Assembly (NCBI GenBank): GCA_002633005.1
Contig: NMRA01000380.1
Coordinates: 303,873-367,872 of the forward strand
Direction of reading: 5' to 3'
Origin: Phoronis australis
Lineage: Eukaryota > Animalia > Phoronida
Length of the DNA stretch: 64,000 nucleotides
Part shown: positions 56,754 to 64,000 of the stretch, in pieces
Numbering within the stretch: position 1 is the first letter of the stretch
How the letters are laid out: every line of letters begins with the position of its first letter
Position numbers and translations under genes: made by a program
Notes under the pieces: generated by a model
Database searches by the model: none
Told to the model about the DNA's origin: nothing
What the model saw: the letters and a program-made list of their open reading frames with translations, nothing else

Positions 56754-57397
56754 CTGCAAACGTAAGGAGACTTGATTAAAGAAAATCGTTGTGGTAATTG
56801 TGCATGATTGATTTCACCTATTTACATTTTTACACGAGGAATTAAATTTCAATGGAGTAGAAAGTGGGGAGCAAGTGAGGCACTCATTAAGTTGGGGGCG
56901 CACACTCTAAAGTGACCCAAGGGGTAGGGGTAAAACGAGCGATGACTTCGACAGATGTGAAACTGACAGGGGTTTTGGTGGGGGTGCCACTAACATTTGT
57001 TTCACACTTCCATATGACAACATAAAAAGTACTAAAAGGGTACTCCTTGAACTACAGCCATCATTTTCAAAAAGAACGATTTCAGTACTCATTTTTATGT
57101 AACATTTGGTTACCATGAAATGTACCCTAAGCCAGATTACAATGAAAACAAGGGAAAGGTGAGATATAAAGTTAACTGACTGAATAATTATTCTAGCATA
57201 GGGTATTTGTACTTGGTGCTACAAAACCTGCCAAATAGTTGAACTCCAGATTACAGTGGTTTCTAAATCCAGACCACATCCAGAGAACATTTTAGTGTGG
57301 TTTTTACGCATTCCAGCAGTCTTTTGTCATAGGCCAATTATCTACCACCATTGAAAAAAGTTAACTAAAAACCAAATGTAGCTTCTTTCATTAACTG

Positions 57398-57533
57398 GTA
57401 ACCGAGAACCAAAACCAAATGCATCTATTATTTTGGATGATTTTTTATGATAAATTTCAGTTCAAGTAACCGAGAACCAAAACCAAATGCATCTATTATT
57501 TTGGATGATTTTTTATGATAAATTTCAGTTCAA
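57398..57533. repeat. 68-bp tandem duplication
   Basis: gtaaccgagaaccaaaaccaaatgcatctattattttggatg...ttcagttcaa x2. Confidence 0.92.
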
Positions 57534-60509
57534 AACGATCTTAACCCACATTTTCATGAGGAATTCATTTTTTAAAGCCAAACAGAAAAATTATCATAAG
57601 TTTAAGCCCATGGTATACTAATTTATTTTAGCCGATGTTTTGCAGCGATTGCTCTGTTCCACACAAAAAGGATCAGAGATCAATGTTCCTGATAAACAGG
57701 CGTTTTGACTACACTGTGATTCTTGTACAAGACAAGGCACCATGAATTGGGCCAAGTGTCGTAAGACCCCAGAGCAGACGAAAATAACCACATCGCAAGT
57801 CTGAATACTTAAATAGGAGTGTTTAATAACCAACATTTTTCAAAATTCTATTAGGAAAAAAACTTGATGTTGAACACTGAGAATAGCTCTCCGATGATAC
57901 CAGAATATTTCAAAGTTTACCAACTTGGTAGTTGGCATACATTACAGAATTGTGTCCCTCCATGTGAAGTACCATGGCAACCAACTAAGTGTCAGCATTA
58001 ATTATGTAGACAGACAGGTACTTGTCAGTAACTGACAATTGATGACAGCAGTTCATTTTCTCACCTGTGACACATGGAAATGTCTAGACATATATATGTC
58101 AGCACGCAAGCAAGACAACCTCACAAAAATACCTTGGGCAATATTTGACCAGGTTTCAAGGTGCATCATATTTACTGCTTCCACGACAGGATGTGATTTC
58201 CCATTGTGAACACATGGCATTAAGTTACAGCTTTGTATAGCGAAGACATGGCATCCAGTTACAGATGCACTTCAGTTGATTTCCAGCTAAAACCAGGAAG
58301 CATTCAATAATTAACATCAATTACTAAGAAGACTCCACCCAAGAATTTACTGATTATCGCTCGGAATATTATAAAAATGGATGCAGAAATGAATGTGAAG
58401 CTATCTCTGATTGAAATAGAAGAGAACTATACAAAACATAAAACCAATATTTCATTTTTTCATGTTTATCTTGTTGCTCATTGGCACCCTTCATAAATAA
58501 ATCTCAATTCCCCTTGAATACGAATTCGGGACTCAAAATAGAGACCAGGATTTTGAGAAAAGTAAGCAAACTGCAAACTCGGTGTCTCCCAAATGAAAAT
58601 TACAGTTTCATATATTTTTCCTATTGATCAGTTTGATGATATACTATTTCCTTTTATTATCAATCATTGCCTCAATTCTCAATCAGGCCCAAATTTTGTG
58701 GCACTCTCATAATACACTAAAAGTGTCTGTGTACTCTGCCAGTAAAAAGTGTAGGCATGCAGTGAAGTCATTGACCTCACTCCACTTCTCACCAGGTGGC
58801 TCTGCCCACGAGTACATCTGTCCTTGACACTGTTTTCTCCTGAATGAACAGTGTGGTCACGCATGTAGACAGCCTGGGCTAAATCAATACTAACAGGCCA
58901 GCCACAAAAATGTAATGGGTGAAGCAATGAATCACAACATAAACACAAGACCCAGTGTCTGTCATTTCCCAATAATAAGGGTTCTTATTACAGTACAAGG
59001 GTTTTTTAGGGCAAAGACCACAGCTGAGTGGCTGACTTTGATGTTATCTCCAGTCTGGTCAATGAAAGCCCTTGTTTACACACTGTCTCAAGATGAAAAA
59101 GGCATAACTTGTAGAAAGTATAAAAGTACACCCCGTGGGGTTTCTTCTCAAAGATGAAGAAACTCAACAACACAAACGGGTCTTTTTGCCAAAACTGACC
59201 AAGAAATTGCAATTTTGGACTTCCTTTGAACCCAAAATAAAAAACACTATTCACAGCTTCCCCGGTGCATTACAGAGCAGAAAATATTCCAAAAGCCCTT
59301 GCACTCTAGAATCCAGTAATCTAGGTTACGATATGTCATTATAAACCAGATTTTTTGCCAACTTACAATTGTCTGAAGACTATCTACTCGAACGAAAAAA
59401 CTCCACTGACTTCTGTATCCAGGTAGATAAGAACAGCCCCCATGTTACTGGACTTCATTTCCTCCTCATAACTTCAAGGAACCACTGAATACCATTCGCG
59501 GCAATCACTTCCCATTTAATCCACAAAATTGCCATCAAACTTGACCCACTTTATTTTCGTCATTTTTAGGAAAGATACAAATGCCCGAACAGTGGCCTCA
59601 CACACAAGAAGTGGGTTAAGCACAGTTAAGGGCTTCACTTCCCTCATCCCTGTGGTTCTCTTGCCACTAATCTGTGCAGTCCATTTAACATTAGAGACAT
59701 TTTTATTGAGGATGGATTAAAAGGACACCTCAAAATTCCATGAAAGCAGTGGCTGGAGCTGGTGATCAATTTCACTGGCCTTTCCCTCCAAACACCACTG
59801 GCTGTCCCTCCCCCGTGAAGAATAATACCAATCCCCTTAATTTAGTCTTTCCCTATTCAAGTTTCCAAGCAAAAAAAGAGCATATGTAAAATGATACATG
59901 TTCTCAACCTTTTCCAAATGAACAATTCCACTCCAATAACAAATAACAGCATGTACCAGGAAGGAGTGTTATTCCCAATCCCACACAACCTGGGTAAACA
60001 CATACCTAACACCCTTCCATGCTGTTCAGACACATGTTCCTTAGGATATGAAAATGTCTACTAAGAACAAAACACACACACAAACACACAACACACACAC
60101 ACACACATATAAACACACACAATAGCCCGACAGAGTTCCTCCTCAGTATATGTTTCACAAAGCACTCACCATAAAGGTGTTCAATTTGGGACAAAAATAA
60201 TTTAGTTAAAATTGCCATGTTTTTACTTTTCGGAAGTTTACCAAAGACCACATTGTTGCAAATGCTAAAAATTTTACCAAATGTTCATTGTTAAATGCTG
60301 CTACATCACACCATATAACTTTCCTTTATTTTTGTTGAGAAATTCAACAAAACGAAATTTCACCTGTCTGCTATATTGCGTCCCGAACTGAAGAATTTTC
60401 ACCCTACAGTGACCTGAGGCATACTTCGTAACTATTTTGCTAGTCAGAAAAACGCCATTTGTGAGTTATTTGTTTCCCAACAATCACGGTGCTGCACCCT
60501 GTTAAAAGG

Positions 60510-60770
60510 TTCTAAAACACTCCGAGTCATTATGTGGTAATCTTGAGGCATGTTTGAAAAACTATGAGCCATGTTTAAGGAGCTCCGAGCCATGTCTGGT
60601 AATCTTGAGCTATGTTTGAAAAGCTCTGAGGCATGTTTGAAAGGCTCCGAGCCATGTTTTAAATGCTCTGAGTCATATTTGGTAATCTTGAGCAATGTTT
60701 AAAAAGCTCCAAGCCACGTTTGAAAAGCTCTGAGCCATGCTTAAAATCTTGAGAAGCGTTTCAAAAGCCC
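60510..60770. repeat. Degenerate 21-bp minisatellite
   Basis: Unit approximately gagccatgtttgaaaagctcc. Confidence 0.8.
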
Positions 60771-62664
60771 GAGTTTTTGTCAGCTGTCCATGATAAATGA
60801 TTGAAATTGTGTCGCATAAATAATGGTGTAATTATTTTTTTAATTCTTGTAATAGTGATATGCTCAGCAAGTGTAAATATTGTGTACGAAACTATAGTTC
60901 GTTTTGTAAAACAGCAGAAAAGGCGATTCACAGACTGCGAAAACTTGAAACATTTGCACCTCATGCCGGAAGCCCTGTAGCCGATCACGACATGGTGGTG
61001 CTATGCAGGCAACTTCCTTCTTCTACACCACAACTAGCTCAGTAATGCAATACTGACATTGCTTGCTGTTCAATACTGACAATTAATCCATCAGTTTTTA
61101 CCAGGATGGTACAGGTTTAGCATGGAATTTTCCACTCTGAACAGAGCCGACACGGCAATGCCTTCCTTCATATAATCTATTGTAATTAAGTTTTTTTAAT
61201 CTTTTCAAAATGTATCAGAGGAATTCAGCCTGTAGAATGCAAGCTGATAATATCTGTGAAGCCAGAGATTGGCATGCCCTCCACACTTCAACTCACTCTA
61301 GAACCAGTAAGACCTGCAATGAATTGTTTCTGGCTTGGCTCCGACTTCACCGGTTTATAATATTGCTTGTGATTAATATTTAAAAATCCCAAACACGCAA
61401 ATTTGTAGAATAAATTACCATTGATGTGAAACTAAGGCCAATTTGCAGTGCAGTAGTTTACAAAAATGTTGATTATTTAAATATACGTTAGTCTAGCTTT
61501 GTTAAACCAAGTGAAAAATAAATAGAGCATTAATGAAAATCAGTCATTTTTTGCTAAAAGTTCTCCAATTCTCAATGAGAAAATATTCCACAAACTTAAA
61601 TTTTGAAAATTAACGTACAGCATTGTAATGTGAAGGGGCAATGCAATAAGTTTCAAATGTCATCTAAACACAATTTTTTTTTGAAAAGAGTTGATATCAC
61701 GATGAATATACCTGGTTACTACGACGAATTCATGTGAGTGTTTCCCTCAAATATGACTTATAACTGACATCCTGCAAAAGACTAAAGTCTTCTAGGGATG
61801 GGTATTAGAATATGGAAACTACTACGGAAATACCAACACAGATACTGTTTCGATACCAACGCCAAAAAATGGCGCAACAACACAAATGGCCGCTGCTTTC
61901 AGTTGTGTTATTGGTTTCATGAAAAGTGATGCTCCACATAACTATTTCTGAAAAATAATTAAATGTAACTTTAGGAAAAGGACAAAAACCCTGAAGAATA
62001 AATATACAGCCATCTGCAAGATGCTGAGACAATTTGTATAAATTATTTCTGGCAGGTTCTGTTTAATGTCAAATATGGCGCAAAATAAGCGTTGATTAAA
62101 AAGTGGTCAACACATTCCGAGTCTCAAAGGTGTACAAAATTCTGTGTGATAATGTCAACAGAGACTAATTAGTGATCCAATGTACCGCGATGTTGATGAA
62201 CATGTATTCCTGAATGACAGTCAATTAAACAAGACCTCAATTAATCCCAGAGTTCAACATACTAAGGTTCCATTATTCCACCACATGAAGGTTAAGTAGG
62301 ACCTTATCCACTGTCTGTACTTAGCCAAGTAACTGCAAAACTTTGAAATTACAGTACTTTTTGAAAATGTATATTTTCTGAAAATAGAAACCCAGGAGTC
62401 TTTGACTTCTAACTTTATACCAATCTTATAACTGGGTCATGTGAACATGTCTTTTCAGTAAAATTCTGCAAAAAGGTGCATTCACAGCAAAATAACAGCA
62501 AGAACTACATTACCAAATTTCGAACGAATAAACGTTCAAGATGAAATATCAAAAACACTGCTTTTCTAAAATATCATTTAGCTTTTGTTTAATGCAACTT
62601 CTGAGTTTTTTCATTCAAATCATGAAAGGCCTACGTTTTGATAGTCTTTCAGGCAAAAGTGGAA

Positions 62665-62860
62665 CTTCTGCACTCCTGGCTATGCAGTTTAAAATTTCAA
62701 ATGTTCAGTTCAGTCTTCTGGGCATTGTCTGCCGGACCCCACAGCTTTTCCTTGAGCTCTACCGGACTGGGCCACATCTGGCGCCTCAGGATGTCAGTCA
62801 TCGGTATAGACTCGGTTCCGGGTAGTCTCTGTTGAGGGTTTACCTCCAGTGGAACAATCC
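62665..62860 (-). mobile_element. Relic of an RNase H-bearing non-LTR retrotransposon (I-group-like), 3' end
   Basis: Minus strand reads ILRRQMWPSPVELKEKLWGPADNAQKTELNI* (62792-62697), preceded by frameshifted LNRDYPE/RVYTD (RNase H start-like) and followed by a gcagaag tail remnant. Recognised from memory of the family pattern, not from a search. Confidence 0.55.
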
Positions 62861-64000
62861 AGAGACAGTTATTACCTCCACTGACTACTATTGATAGACT
62901 TATTAACTCTATGGGTACTAAGTCTATTGGTGGATTTGTGAACTTAGTCAGTAATAAGTTTATGGATAGACTTGCTAACCCTTGATACTAACTCTAACAC
63001 TAGACTTGCCAGCTACATCAACAGATTTACTAACTGTATCAATTATCCAGTTAGTAAGTCTATTGACAGATACTAAATCTGTAGTCAACTCTGTCCACAG
63101 ATACATCAAGTCTATTAGTATACTAAGTAAATCGACAAATTTACTAAGTTTATAAAATAAAATTATTATATCAATCAATAGACTTGCTGTCTCTGCTAAC
63201 AGACTTAATAGTAGTGCATGACTCTAATAATAAGCCCAAATAAAGATTTAATAAGTCCCTTTCGATTGAGTTACTATCTTTAGTTTAAGTCTAGCAATTA
63301 GTAAGTCTAGGGATTAGTAAGACGATCATTAGAAATAATTACACTGTCAACAGAGTTAACCTTTTATACCCACTGTCCAAAACAAATTTTTTGAAGGCGA
63401 ACGTTTTGACATCGAAAATCGAAGTGTTCCAATCTAGGAATATGAAAATGTCAAGTGAAACAATGGCAATCCCAACTACTAATGGAATTTTAATCATCAT
63501 TAATTACCATATCATGACCTTGACATTGAGATCAGAATGGAAAATAGCATTTTACAAGGATTCAGTCACGTTGTCCAGCATCAATTAAAGCACACACCAC
63601 GACATAAATAAACCAAAGACGAAGATGTCTTCTCAAGCAAGTTGAAGCTGAGACCCAAATGGTACCCAAATACAGACAATGTTCACGCACTACCACGGTC
63701 CCCCTGGGGGCTCTTTTGGAAACTGTAAGTTAGCCAAAGTGATTTTGCATCACAAAATAGCCCCAAGCAGTCTTTTGTAAACAGTGTGTCACCTTTGGCA
63801 GAAACTTGTACTAGTGTCCCCCCCAGCGCCCTCATCAGGTAGTAAGCTTAAGTTTAAGTTTAAGTTTGTTGACGTATTTGTCACAGCTACCCCAGCTTGA
63901 GTGTGATGTGCTGCCACACCCAAGGTTTCAGTCACATCTAAAATCCAGTTTGCTTATTTTGACCTTGGTCATGACAAATTATGAGCACCAAGCATACCTC

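Noticed and set aside
60960-61325. Candidates for the missing oxidase GxGxxG exon (VVIGYRASG; IAGLTGS)
   Set aside because: Neither gives GxGxxG plus EAxxRxGGR in frame with proper splice sites. The exon is probably outside the window.

Overview
This is eukaryotic, AT-rich, repeat-rich genomic DNA from an invertebrate animal; nothing in it looks prokaryotic. It holds two convergent spliced genes. On the + strand is a complete CIAO1 (WD40 cytosolic Fe-S assembly targeting factor): 8 coding exons at 20161-35160, 1011 nt = 336 aa + stop, with all introns GT-AG and phase-consistent. On the - strand are the last four coding exons (56753 down to 38594) of a spermine/polyamine-oxidase flavoprotein; its GxGxxG first coding exon was not found and probably lies beyond 64000. 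The rest is intronic or intergenic. It includes two Kolobok-like TTAA elements with THAP-domain relics, several MITE families (two with perfect 5-bp TSDs, one TA-TSD, one Harbinger-like pair), a Helentron-associated (HINE-like) element, a SINE relic, a LINE RNase H/3'-end relic and many minisatellites. Three tandem 'duplications' sit on single-N joins and are probably both haplotypes assembled in series. I found no convincing new biological system. The best leads are a three-copy intronic hairpin family, a minisatellite built on a CIAO1 splice donor, THAP/Kolobok insertion polymorphisms, and unusual active-site residues in the oxidase.
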